A DNA stretch of 64,000 nt from a virus: IMG/VR virus record IMGVR_UViG_3300010403_000002, positions 1 through 64,000 of that record. One strand, given 5' to 3'. Position 1 is the first letter of the stretch. Every line of letters begins with the position of its first letter. The position numbers and the translations under genes were made by a program. This document shows positions 19,401-27,519 of this stretch, in pieces. The notes under the pieces were generated by a model. That model did no database searches and was not told the origin of the DNA. It saw only the letters and a list, made by a program, of their open reading frames with translations.

Positions 19401-22400
19401 AGGCTATCCACGCCTAAAGGCACGCTATGCCGCCCTGCTACAACCTGCAGAGGTCAAACCACCCACCGCGCCACTCGATTCAGCCTATCGCAAGCTTGGC
19501 ACTGAAGATGCGCAATCAATCAGCGATCTCTACGCCCGCGCCGATGATGTGCACCGTCGCTCATCCACGCCGGAAGAACGTGCGCGCGCACAACAGGCGC
19601 GTGAACTGGTTGGTTCACTGACTGAGGCTGAGCGCCGCGCGGTTGCCGAAGTCTTACCGGAGCGCCGCTTCTCGCCCGTGAAAGAGGCAGACCAGCCGAA
19701 CTACGGGCGCGCCGTCCAGGACATTGCGCTTGATGAGGCCAACCCGCAAGAGTTGGCGAACTTCGAGAGCGTGGCGAACTTCTTTGACGAGATGGCAAAG
19801 GGTAGCGCCGCCTTGACGCAGGATGAGCACGCCGCCGCGCGCCAGCAGTTAGAGCGCGCTGCCGAACTGCACGCCGAAACGATCACGCCGGAGCAGCGCC
19901 GCATAGCCACAGGGCTGAACGTGCTACTGACCTCGACAAAGGGCGATGCGGTGCGCTTCCGTCAGTTGTATGATAAGCTTCACGAAGGAGAGTTGACGCG
20001 CAATGAAGCCTACACGCTCAAAGACATCGGCAAGCAGTACGGACTCGCAGCCGTCTACCTTGACCACATTATTGCCGAAGGTGGAAGACGACGAGCAGAC
20101 ACAGCGGCGGCATCATCGCGCGCTGAGCGACCTGTTGAGCTTCGTCGTGAAGCAACAACGGGCCAGCCAGTCGAACGTCCGGCCAATGCCAGCGCGCAGC
20201 CTGCGTCCGGCGAGCGAGGCCGTAACACCATTGCCCGGCAAGGTGCTGCCAATGCGCCCGAAGTCGTAGGCGAGACCTCGACTACCGAAGCCAACCCAGC
20301 TAGTCAGCCCCTACCACAAGAGCAGCGCACCGTTGTGCACGACAATCCCACCATTCACGGCAAGCCTATTGTAGCTGAGACTGCCGATGGCCGCGTGATC
20401 GTGCCAAATGAGGCCAATAAATCGGGTGTGTCAGTGGTGAAGGATCAGAGCGGCAATCTACCAGAGCAGGGGGCAGCCTTTGGCGTGCGTCAATCAGGCT
20501 TCCCTGATGGTAGCTGGTACGTGACTGATCAGCACGGCGAAATTGTCAGATTTGGCGTACCGATGGGCGAGCTACCGCGCCGCTTCAAGACCAGTGAGGC
20601 TGCATTCAAGGCCGGGGAAAAGTGGGTTAAACAACAAGATAAAATCCGCGCCGGGCAGAAAGAAGGGCCAGCCTCTCACCCTGACGCCGCCTTTATCGAA
20701 TCTGTCATCCGCGAGCAGGGCGGGGAAATGCCCCGCGCCAATCTCATCCGCGAGTCTGGCCTGGTGCGCTCACGCGCGAATCCGGCGCTGGCAGCGCTGA
20801 AGGCTGAAGGGCGCGTAGTGGAAGAGAACGGGAAACTGCGTTTGGTAAAAACGCAGGATATTATCCCATCTGCCCGCCAACCAGGGGCGGAAGGTCAATC
20901 CGGTCAACCAGTTCTCAATAAGCGCAACCCCGAAGCCGGAGCCGTCCGCCTCGGTGGCCCGCCGCGCATTCCGCCCAACTTCGACCTAACCAAGCACGCA
21001 ACCGACATTGCTGCCCGGATGAAGCGCGAGCGCCGCAGCAAGGCTGAGATGGCGCAGGCTGTGCAACTACTGCGACACCTTGAGGCTGCGCAGAAGGCCA
21101 ACGATGCAGCAGCGTTCCAGGCTGCCCACTCACAACTCCGCACGCACGTCGAAGGCGGACCGGTCAAGCGCGCCGTCGCAACCGGCGGGGAAGTCCTCAA
21201 CTTCGCGCGAAGTTTGATGCTCACGGGCGATTTGCCACACATGCGGCAAGGACTCTTTCTGACCGTGCCGCCGCGTTACTGGAAACAGGCAACCACTGAT
21301 ACCGTTGAGGCGCTGCACAATGTCCGCGACGCGACATTCAAAGCTTTCCGTAAGATGCTCGAAAACGCCCCCGCCGCGAAACTCGGCACAAAATACGATC
21401 TCTACCTGGCCAGCAACGGAATGGCGGAAGAGAACTTTGCCTCCAAGTGGGCGCACAAGTTCTTCCTCACGCGCAAAGTTGAGCAGGTCTACGCCTCTTA
21501 CCTTGATCTGCGCCGTATTGATGCCTTTGAGCGAGCGGCTCGGCGCATTCTGCGCAACACGAAGCTAGGCGCGGAAGAGAAAGAAACGGCGCTGCGTGAT
21601 GCTGCGCGCGCCATCAATATCCTGTCCGGTCGTGGGCAAGTTGGCGAGACGGTCGAGAGCGCGATTCCGCTGCTCAACAAGATTCTGCTGGCCCCGCGTT
21701 ACACGATCAGCCGCTTGCAGATCCCGACACTGCTCCAACCGCAGAAGCCGGGCTACCGCGACGCTGTGCGTGACTTGGCCGAAACGAGCGCCGTGCTGCT
21801 CAGCCTGGGCGGTCTGGCGGTGGCAGCCGGTGTGGCCAGCACGTCGCTTGATTACGATGACCCGGACTTCCTGAAGCTGCGCGTGGGTAATAAGGTTTAC
21901 GACCTCTCGGCGGGGCTAGCGCCGGTCGCCAAGATCGCCGCGCAAGTGTCGGAGTGGGCTTGGTCGCAACGGCCTAGCGAGACGCGGCGCGAGCGGAAGC
22001 GGGTTTCAGAAGAGACAGTGAGCGACTTAGCGCGCTTTAGCCGCGGGAAGTTGTCGCCTGCGGCTTCGCTTATGGCTGACGCGTTGAGCGATTGGACGAA
22101 CATGGCAGGGGAGAAGGTGACGCCCACCAAGGCAGTGCTCGACCGCGTGATCCCGCTCATCTTGCGCGACACAGCGAATGCCTGGCAGGCGGAAGGGCCG
22201 GTCGGGGCGGCGGAGATCTTCCTGCCGGCGGAGCTAGGCGTGGGCACGGCAGTCTACCCGCAATCGCCCCTGCGGCAATCAGCACTGGCGGGGGATTTGC
22301 GCCGCTTTGATCTACCACGCGGCAACCTCTATCAGAAGGCAGGCGAGCCGAAAGAAACCTTCAAGGAACGCCAGCAAGCCTATGGCGAGATGTCGCGCGA

Positions 22401-22635
22401 GTTCGCACGGAAGCTCGCAGATGCACCGACCTACAAGGCTGCGCCGGACGAAGAGAAGAAGGCCATGTTGGGCTTGCTCGGCGAGCGGCTCAAGGATGCG
22501 AGCAATGAAGTAGAGCCAGACCGCGCCAAGCTGGAGCCAGACCGCATTCAGAGCGACGCTGAAGCGGCAGAGGCTAGGCGACGGAAGAAAGCGGCGAGTG
22601 AGCGGGGAAGGCTGCGGTATCAGCCGGAGCGGTGA
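16483..22635 (+). CDS. Large internal virion (ejection) protein with N-terminal M15/LAS-type Zn peptidase
   Basis: SAHYDNRAID (H-x6-D) and GPHLHLE (HxH) motifs; 2050 aa, A/Q/E/R-rich helical body. Confidence 0.75.
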   Translation: MPQDAFAQWRAERRKTGKPAPAPTPLDDLTEFARARGATVTSTNRGRHNPGSAHYDNRAIDVRTRDRSPAEVEALMNDAESSGYAVRDERQRPSGQQVWGGPHLHLEAQEPPDDFAQWRAERQRPQPRNEPQIGPRVAQPATATDPFERQQPVSIGGRPLVTPTQPVKLPAVNLREARRQARDFTVPPELQSPTPEQFQNELQATRIQREQARQAYVAQQQAKVAGQGRLAEAGTRFARSAAKSTVAPLEMIAASQPTEIGEEAVRRASGLPQLDTALDEYLPVDPSKRMTANPLDPDFYSVTIPEVAGNVVPMIATGKVLPGGLASRLGATATGMMQAGGQGYREARESGATREQAQRHAGAEGVIATTEMLGGQAALGSAVRPVAREVAKDIAKDVGQEAYQQWLSNLNAADYSKIDPQRGEFEDVPVSAVGGALVSGGMNAAHAGAQRFAGNRAQARDTATVQQEPLAPPQMQRTGQLRPTQVVPRAQLEMAARQGTAPQAAPQAAPGAEENPLEAFLRERTGKLAEVAPAAEVEKPLSAIARRKLAQEQTLRERQTQAQQSNMDAADQRAEMLRRGDLAGAADLLAGELEVIGTQLKDARKLGDVEMQRRLVVSRQAAERQYDELQAQIKQQQRAVRPVAPPKAARPPRVPPSAENEPPQVQQRANAPTAEAPQQSGKLLRSVVNPEGGVPVVQRATPSFENLAEREGRREFNSEELEGNRNLWQFVKKQGGVQRSVANRGELSYLVGREGGAPGVVSDAGLPVDEMRRYANEAGFGPYETEDDFLQALRRGRNEFSNARRVSRSLADEEEAYYRQKGSAAMEAPESPSPLSQWEVRRQAAEDKAVDLRQRMMDVNDQLTQVAVGRARLSDSEQERLQHDHIYLKQQYAEAQQRLRDLEQAEPGEHSPHMQQEAESLAGVVFTPSKPAEQMTRAEWEAQPADWKRKNDHELAIIKALKHGQSVPGEVLAGYPRLKARYAALLQPAEVKPPTAPLDSAYRKLGTEDAQSISDLYARADDVHRRSSTPEERARAQQARELVGSLTEAERRAVAEVLPERRFSPVKEADQPNYGRAVQDIALDEANPQELANFESVANFFDEMAKGSAALTQDEHAAARQQLERAAELHAETITPEQRRIATGLNVLLTSTKGDAVRFRQLYDKLHEGELTRNEAYTLKDIGKQYGLAAVYLDHIIAEGGRRRADTAAASSRAERPVELRREATTGQPVERPANASAQPASGERGRNTIARQGAANAPEVVGETSTTEANPASQPLPQEQRTVVHDNPTIHGKPIVAETADGRVIVPNEANKSGVSVVKDQSGNLPEQGAAFGVRQSGFPDGSWYVTDQHGEIVRFGVPMGELPRRFKTSEAAFKAGEKWVKQQDKIRAGQKEGPASHPDAAFIESVIREQGGEMPRANLIRESGLVRSRANPALAALKAEGRVVEENGKLRLVKTQDIIPSARQPGAEGQSGQPVLNKRNPEAGAVRLGGPPRIPPNFDLTKHATDIAARMKRERRSKAEMAQAVQLLRHLEAAQKANDAAAFQAAHSQLRTHVEGGPVKRAVATGGEVLNFARSLMLTGDLPHMRQGLFLTVPPRYWKQATTDTVEALHNVRDATFKAFRKMLENAPAAKLGTKYDLYLASNGMAEENFASKWAHKFFLTRKVEQVYASYLDLRRIDAFERAARRILRNTKLGAEEKETALRDAARAINILSGRGQVGETVESAIPLLNKILLAPRYTISRLQIPTLLQPQKPGYRDAVRDLAETSAVLLSLGGLAVAAGVASTSLDYDDPDFLKLRVGNKVYDLSAGLAPVAKIAAQVSEWAWSQRPSETRRERKRVSEETVSDLARFSRGKLSPAASLMADALSDWTNMAGEKVTPTKAVLDRVIPLILRDTANAWQAEGPVGAAEIFLPAELGVGTAVYPQSPLRQSALAGDLRRFDLPRGNLYQKAGEPKETFKERQQAYGEMSREFARKLADAPTYKAAPDEEKKAMLGLLGERLKDASNEVEPDRAKLEPDRIQSDAEAAEARRRKKAASERGRLRYQPER

Positions 22636-22656
22636 GCTATTATCTGTCGGGAAGGT

Positions 22657-22923
22657 TTAGGATACGCCCTTACCATCTATCTCATCGGCCACAGGCCGCA
22701 TTCGCCGATGCTCGGCAAATAGTGTTATGGCGTGCTCCCAACGCAGTGAGGGGCCGATATGAAAACCAAAGCCACATGTCGTGCAGACGTATTCGGTATA
22801 GCCTTTTTCTTTGTGCAATGATTTACGGTAGGTATCCAACGACAGAGAGGCAACGCCGCACGCTGGGCAGTAGGCGAGTCGGGCAAACTTGCTGGTTTTG
22901 GATTCTTTCGTATAATGCGACAT
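22657..22923 (-). CDS. Zinc-ribbon protein
   Basis: CPAC ... CTTC. Confidence 0.6.
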   Translation of the reverse strand: MSHYTKESKTSKFARLAYCPACGVASLSLDTYRKSLHKEKGYTEYVCTTCGFGFHIGPSLRWEHAITLFAEHRRMRPVADEIDGKGVS

Positions 22924-22926
22924 TCC

Positions 22927-23433
22927 TTAGTCCCACCATCCGCGTAGGTGCTTCTTCAGCATCCTGCCAAGATAATCAATGTCCTGCTGTGCTAAATACT
23001 CAGCATGCTGCCAGACATAAGTCCGCCGGCGCGATGACCATTGCGGGTAGGCTGCGTGCTCGTATCCCGCCAACTCCGGATAATCATCAGCTTCAAGTCT
23101 ACGGCATAACTCTGACACGATAAGTAGCTGCTTGGCGCTGCGCTCCGAGCTGGTCACCTTGCCGTGCTTTTGATGATGCGTTGCCATTAATCGTGCGGCG
23201 GTTGAGAGCATATCCATCAGCGGAGCATAGTCACAAGTATCAAAGTGCCAGACAACGGAACGGAAACGCCAGCAGTTGCGCAGGCCCACATACAAACACC
23301 AAAGCCGCCAGCGCATAGCTGCATAAGGACGCCACCCTTCATGGTTGAATCCGAGTAGACGGCGCAGCTTGAGCCTCAGCGAGCGCCACTGTGTTGGCTT
23401 GCTTCTGGTGATTATCTCTACCGTTTTTTCCAT
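22927..23433 (-). CDS. Hypothetical phage protein
   Basis: ORF ending WWD; operon context. Confidence 0.7.
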   Translation of the reverse strand: MEKTVEIITRSKPTQWRSLRLKLRRLLGFNHEGWRPYAAMRWRLWCLYVGLRNCWRFRSVVWHFDTCDYAPLMDMLSTAARLMATHHQKHGKVTSSERSAKQLLIVSELCRRLEADDYPELAGYEHAAYPQWSSRRRTYVWQHAEYLAQQDIDYLGRMLKKHLRGWWD

Positions 23434-23776
23434 CTTTCATCCTTTTAAGTTGCAGTTCGTTGCGCTCCCGATTGCACTGCACGCAGCTTGCCACCAGATT
23501 CTCCGCTGTAGAATTGCCGCCTAACGCGTGCGGAAACAGGTGGTCAGTAGTAGCCTGATACGCCGTGATGGTTTGCCCCTCGCCGTCCACATAGCGGAAT
23601 TGTCGGCCAAGATCACATAACCCGCGCCGCCGATTTTTACGCACGGAGGCCACTGTCTTGATGATCCGTCCGCACCAAAAGCAGCGATCACGCTGCATCA
23701 TCAGCAGGAAATCGAGGTGACGCCGAGCTGTCAGGCGTTCATGGCGAACCTGTTTGCTGCTGCAATGGACTGTCAT
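23339..23776 (-). CDS. HNH endonuclease
   Basis: CFWC ... TDHLFPHALGG ... NLVASCVQCN. Confidence 0.85.
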   Translation of the reverse strand: MTVHCSSKQVRHERLTARRHLDFLLMMQRDRCFWCGRIIKTVASVRKNRRRGLCDLGRQFRYVDGEGQTITAYQATTDHLFPHALGGNSTAENLVASCVQCNRERNELQLKRMKDGKNGRDNHQKQANTVALAEAQAAPSTRIQP

Positions 23777-23951
23777 AACAATGTGAATATAGCACAGGAT
23801 GCCCGTCTTTATTGATCGAAATGCGCCTTGTCTATGGTAAAATACTGTCCACATCGAGGACGCACACAGCAGTGAGGCCGTCCGATCAGCAAGCTTGCGG
23901 GCTAGATCGTGAGCCGGGGTAGTTTGACAAAGTAAAACGAGCACGATACGC

Positions 23952-24007
23952 CGAAGGCCGTCAGGAAGAAAGCAAACTTACTGCTTAATCCTGACGGCCT
24001 TTCGTTT
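23952..24007. terminator. Long hairpin, probable (possibly bidirectional) terminator
   Basis: AAGGCCGTCAGGA ... TCCTGACGGCCTT followed by TCGTTT. Confidence 0.65.
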
Positions 24008-24064
24008 GCCGCGAGCCAGATAAATGGCATAGGCAGGTGTCTAAGCTACCTCGCGACGTTGCGC

Positions 24065-24103
24065 AGAATACGCCTTGACTCAGCCGAACGCAAGCCAGAT
24101 AAT
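24065..24103. promoter_or_regulatory. Overlapping divergent sigma70-type promoters
   Basis: Plus strand TTGACT(24075)-17-GATAAT(24098); minus strand TTGCGT-17-TATTCT. Confidence 0.7.
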
Positions 24104-24125
24104 GCGTCCCGTCTAAGCTAATCAG

Positions 24126-24236
24126 ATGACTATGGCGATCACACTGCCAAAACTGAATAACTTGACCGCGCTGGCGCGGCGATACCTTTGTGTCTGCCCG
24201 TTGGCGTGTTTATGGCTCTTGAAGTCTGAGCAATGA
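24126..24236 (+). CDS. 36-aa Cys-containing hydrophobic small ORF
   Basis: MTMAITLPKLNNLTALARRYLCVCPLACLWLLKSEQ*, directly after the plus-strand promoter. Confidence 0.35.
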   Translation: MTMAITLPKLNNLTALARRYLCVCPLACLWLLKSEQ

Positions 24237-24252
24237 GCAGTTGCATACTGCG

Positions 24253-24699
24253 CGGTTGGGGTGGAAGGCGAGATCACCGAGAAATCAAGCCTCCGGCGGT
24301 TTGCGAGTCTTGCGCTTCGGCGCTTTCACTCGCAGACGCCAGCCGAACGGGGAAGCCACCCGGTCAGGTTCAGCGCGAGATTCAACCGGAGCGATAATCC
24401 GGCCAAGCGGGCGCGCTGAGTATTGAAAACTGTTACGACTGCTTAGGCCGTTCCTCTGGCGTTATGCTCGCCAGAGTCTTCCCGGGCAACGCCGTGCTAC
24501 TAGATGCACTCACCGCCGCCTGCGTCCCGGTTGCAACTTGGTCTCTTGAAAGAATCGGCTAAGGTGGTACGGATAGCCTGTGAAATATCGGCAAAGCGGC
24601 TCAGACGGGAAGCTTCTCCACACTCGTAAGGTAAGACCAAGCGGGAAGGGCGGCGTTTCTCTACATGTGATTATTGCGGTGGTAACGGAATCTCAGCCG
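24253..24699 (+). ncRNA. Large structured non-coding RNA (ROOL/GOLLD-class candidate)
   Basis: 5'/3' closing helix with G-U pairs, many hairpins including a C(UUCG)G loop, multiple long-range pairings, upstream promoter, no credible ORF. Confidence 0.7.
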
Positions 24700-24724
24700 G
24701 GAACTCATCAGCCGGCCTCCTTCC

Positions 24725-25195
24725 TTATTCGTCCTCTACGGAAAGACCGAGCGCGCTACACGCAGCCAGCGCAATCTGTTCGGGCGTGGCAGGTAAGAAG
24801 ATGCCCACATCCATACAACTCAATACGTAATCAAAAATCTTTTGCTGTCCCACCCGACCTAGCCCTAGGGCGTGGTAAAGTTCGCCAAAGAAGCGCAGCC
24901 AAACTTGATGGGCTGCGTCTGCTGGGTCTGAGGTACGCGGGTACAACCACGCAACCAACTTAGCCGCCGCTTCTCGGTCGGTAAAGAAGGCGGGCACTAT
25001 CTGAGGGTACATCTGGTCTGGCGGTAATGGCTTAAATAATGCTGACATGCTCGCGCGCAGACGAGCCTGCTCTTGCCACTCCTGATTGTTTGGAGGCAAC
25101 CCCCAACCTTCGCCCCATTTGCTGCCAATTTCAGTCCAGCCCATCTTTTGGGCCAGCGCGGCGCACGCTGCTGTTCTGCTTATCTTCTCGCTCAT
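24725..25195 (-). CDS. NinX/BC1872-like phage protein
   Basis: AQKMGW ... PAFFTDREAA ... ATPEQIALAA pattern. Confidence 0.5.
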   Translation of the reverse strand: MSEKISRTAACAALAQKMGWTEIGSKWGEGWGLPPNNQEWQEQARLRASMSALFKPLPPDQMYPQIVPAFFTDREAAAKLVAWLYPRTSDPADAAHQVWLRFFGELYHALGLGRVGQQKIFDYVLSCMDVGIFLPATPEQIALAACSALGLSVEDE

Positions 25196-25423
25196 TCTGC
25201 TCCTTTCACTTCACACAGGAACTTAGCCTGCCTGGTCTTTTCCTGGCCGCACTTGCAACGATACGTGGCGACGCCTGTCTCTTCGTCGAAGGCGACCAGT
25301 TTCTTGAATCTGCAAACGTGTCTTCTTTTTCGGGTAGCCATTAGTTTCCTATTGCGGCTCAGCAGGGGAGCCATTATCTGTATTCATCTTTCCAAGCATA
25401 TCCAGTACGTCCGATAATGGCTT

Positions 25424-25894
25424 TTATGTCCCAGCGGCCTCGGTTGTCGGGTCTTGGGACTGCTTAGGTGTCGGGTTCAGGGCAGTGTCAATCCACGATG
25501 TGAAGCCATTAGGATTAAGGCCCGCGCTCGCCGCCAAATTAGTCAGGCTGTCTTTCGCGCGCCGCAACGCCTCATCCTTCACCGTGATTTGCTGGCGCAG
25601 TTCGTCGCGCTCGCGTTCAAGAGCAAACCGCTGCGCCTCGAGATCGAAAATCTTTGAACGCAAATTACCACCTCGCGCGGGCGTCCTGTCCAGTTCCGCT
25701 TTCACGATTGATAGTTCAGCCCGCAACCGCTCGCACTCCGCCAACTGCTCGGCTTGGGCGGCAAACTCGACGAGCGCATCACGTATCAACTCGCAATAGG
25801 ACTGACCGAGAAGGATGCACGGCGTCTCGCCAAGCAGTTGTATATCCAGATCGGAGCGCAACGTGTTGAGCCTTTTCAGGTCTTCGTCATTCAT
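25424..25894 (-). CDS. Coiled-coil hypothetical protein
   Basis: Heptad-rich ORF in operon. Confidence 0.65.
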   Translation of the reverse strand: MNDEDLKRLNTLRSDLDIQLLGETPCILLGQSYCELIRDALVEFAAQAEQLAECERLRAELSIVKAELDRTPARGGNLRSKIFDLEAQRFALERERDELRQQITVKDEALRRAKDSLTNLAASAGLNPNGFTSWIDTALNPTPKQSQDPTTEAAGT

Positions 25895-26197
25895 TCACTC
25901 CCCCTCTTTCCCGGCCCGCAATGAGCCGCGCTCGGTCGCCACTTCCATCATTTGACGCAGCTTGCGCTTCTTGGCTTCTATACGGTCACGATCCCCGATA
26001 GTGATGGGCAGACCGAGTTCCTGTAGCAACTCGACCACTCCCAACACATCATCCAACTCGATGGATAGAACCTCCACGTTGCCGCGCCCATCTGGGTACG
26101 CACCCTTAACGGCGAATCTATTCACCTTGCATGCCGCCTGAATGACCTCGGCGCACTCTTCGTTCAGGCACTCCAATACGTGCTCAATTAGGTTCAT
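25895..26197 (-). CDS. MazG-like nucleotide pyrophosphohydrolase
   Basis: EECAEVIQAACK ... ELDDV motif. Confidence 0.7.
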   Translation of the reverse strand: MNLIEHVLECLNEECAEVIQAACKVNRFAVKGAYPDGRGNVEVLSIELDDVLGVVELLQELGLPITIGDRDRIEAKKRKLRQMMEVATERGSLRAGKEGE

Positions 26198-26218
26198 TTT
26201 CCCTCTTTCCCGGCCCGC
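25902..26218. repeat. 18-bp direct repeat flanking the MazG-like gene
   Basis: CCCTCTTTCCCGGCCCGC at 25902-25919 and 26201-26218. Confidence 0.9.
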
Positions 26219-26435
26219 GCTTGGCGGGCTTCTGCTGCTTTTCGATCACCTGCAATAGGTAGATCACTTTATCTACAACCTCGCCGACCGGCACGCCCAA
26301 CGCGAATTGAGCGTGCGCATCTTTAAGCCACATCGTGGTCGGATTATCTGCAAAGCCCCTTCCCCCGCCGAACGACGGAAACCTGTCGGCAATGAGCTTC
26401 ACGATGTTTTGACGCTGTTTTTTAGTTACTCGCAT
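26184..26435 (-). CDS. Hypothetical protein
   Basis: ORF MRVTKKQRQ..., operon context. Confidence 0.55.
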   Translation of the reverse strand: MRVTKKQRQNIVKLIADRFPSFGGGRGFADNPTTMWLKDAHAQFALGVPVGEVVDKVIYLLQVIEKQQKPAKRGPGKRENEPN

Positions 26436-26518
26436 TCCGCGTTCCCTCCCTCGTCTGCCTGTTCCCCTTGTAGTGCGAAGGCCAGCAGACACGCACGCCC
26501 ACTGGCCCCTTGCGCCAT

Positions 26519-27166
26519 CTACTGCGCCCTACTCTTCGCAATGTCTGCCTCAAGCTGCGTGGCCAAGCTGTAATCGCCCCGCTCTCTCAACTGCGCGATT
26601 TTCTGGTTCAGCCGGTCATAGCTGACCGGAAGATCAGGCAGTTGATAAGCCACTGCCGGAGCGCCCAACACCACGTTCACCACACGCAAGCCAACCGTGC
26701 CGCCGCTGGGCTGCTTGCCTTCGCTGCTCACTTGCAACCCTAGATGTGGGCTGAAGCAGTTCTTCTGCCACGCCCCCGCAACTGTGCGCTCACCACATGT
26801 CACCTTGAACGGCAAGCCAGGCCAGTCAGCATTCAGGCCACTGCGGCTGTAGGTGGTCGCCGGGTAGCCGAGAAAGTCGAGCACTGCGCTGCCGTCGTGT
26901 GTGCGCAACTGGCCGTGCTGTGGATCAATCCACGTCTTCAGGTTCAACGTAACGGCACCATCCGGCTTTCGATGCTGCTGCGTTTCATAGCTGCGCCCGT
27001 CGCCATAGGTAAAGCGCCGGAACGTTGAAGTGACGACGCCATTGGTGGCGAACTCCACATCCACCGTTGACGGGAGAGCGAACTGCGGCGCGGATTGTGC
27101 GCGAGAGATGCGCCAGCCAACTGCCAGCGCCAACAGACAAATCGAAACAGCGAGCAATTTCTTCAT
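26519..27166 (-). CDS. Secreted beta-rich protein
   Basis: RBS AAGGAG; MKKLLAVSICLLALAVGWRISRA|Q. Confidence 0.75.
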   Translation of the reverse strand: MKKLLAVSICLLALAVGWRISRAQSAPQFALPSTVDVEFATNGVVTSTFRRFTYGDGRSYETQQHRKPDGAVTLNLKTWIDPQHGQLRTHDGSAVLDFLGYPATTYSRSGLNADWPGLPFKVTCGERTVAGAWQKNCFSPHLGLQVSSEGKQPSGGTVGLRVVNVVLGAPAVAYQLPDLPVSYDRLNQKIAQLRERGDYSLATQLEADIAKSRAQ

Positions 27167-27201
27167 GGGTAATCTCCTTGTGTTAGTTGTTACAGGTGAG
27201 G

Positions 27202-27459
27202 CTAGGTGAGTATACATCCGGGGCAGGTGCTACAGCACCCCATTGTGTTCCAGCCGGGCGTTCCCTCACCGCAGTCATAAGACATCACCTCGCAGCCTTC
27301 TGCCAGGGAGCAGCAGCCGGAACAGAAGGTGGACATATACCGGCAACCCGCTGGCGGCGCCGGAAAGCTGCAATCGGCGTATTGTGGTGCGGTAAACCAC
27401 ACCAGCGCCGCGCAGAGTAGCAAGGCGAGTGAGAGGAAAAACGTTTTGTTCAACTTCAT
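27202..27459 (-). CDS. Secreted cysteine-rich peptide
   Basis: RBS AAGGAG; signal peptide followed by ~57 residues containing 11 Cys. Confidence 0.75.
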   Translation of the reverse strand: MKLNKTFFLSLALLLCAALVWFTAPQYADCSFPAPPAGCRYMSTFCSGCCSLAEGCEVMSYDCGEGTPGWNTMGCCSTCPGCILT

Positions 27460-27519
27460 TGAGTGATTCTCCTTTTCGGGTTTTGAGTTAATCGGGGCTA
27501 CTAAGATCGCTTAGCAGCG

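Noticed and set aside
23339-24699. IscB/HEARO or other known RNA-guided nuclease
   Set aside because: The HNH protein is small, with no RuvC, PLMP or Nop domain, and is transcribed away from the large RNA.
24580-24963. Plus-strand ORFs 24241-24426 and 24580-24963 as proteins
   Set aside because: Non-ATG starts, no RBS or motifs, and they overlap the structured RNA and an opposite-strand gene.
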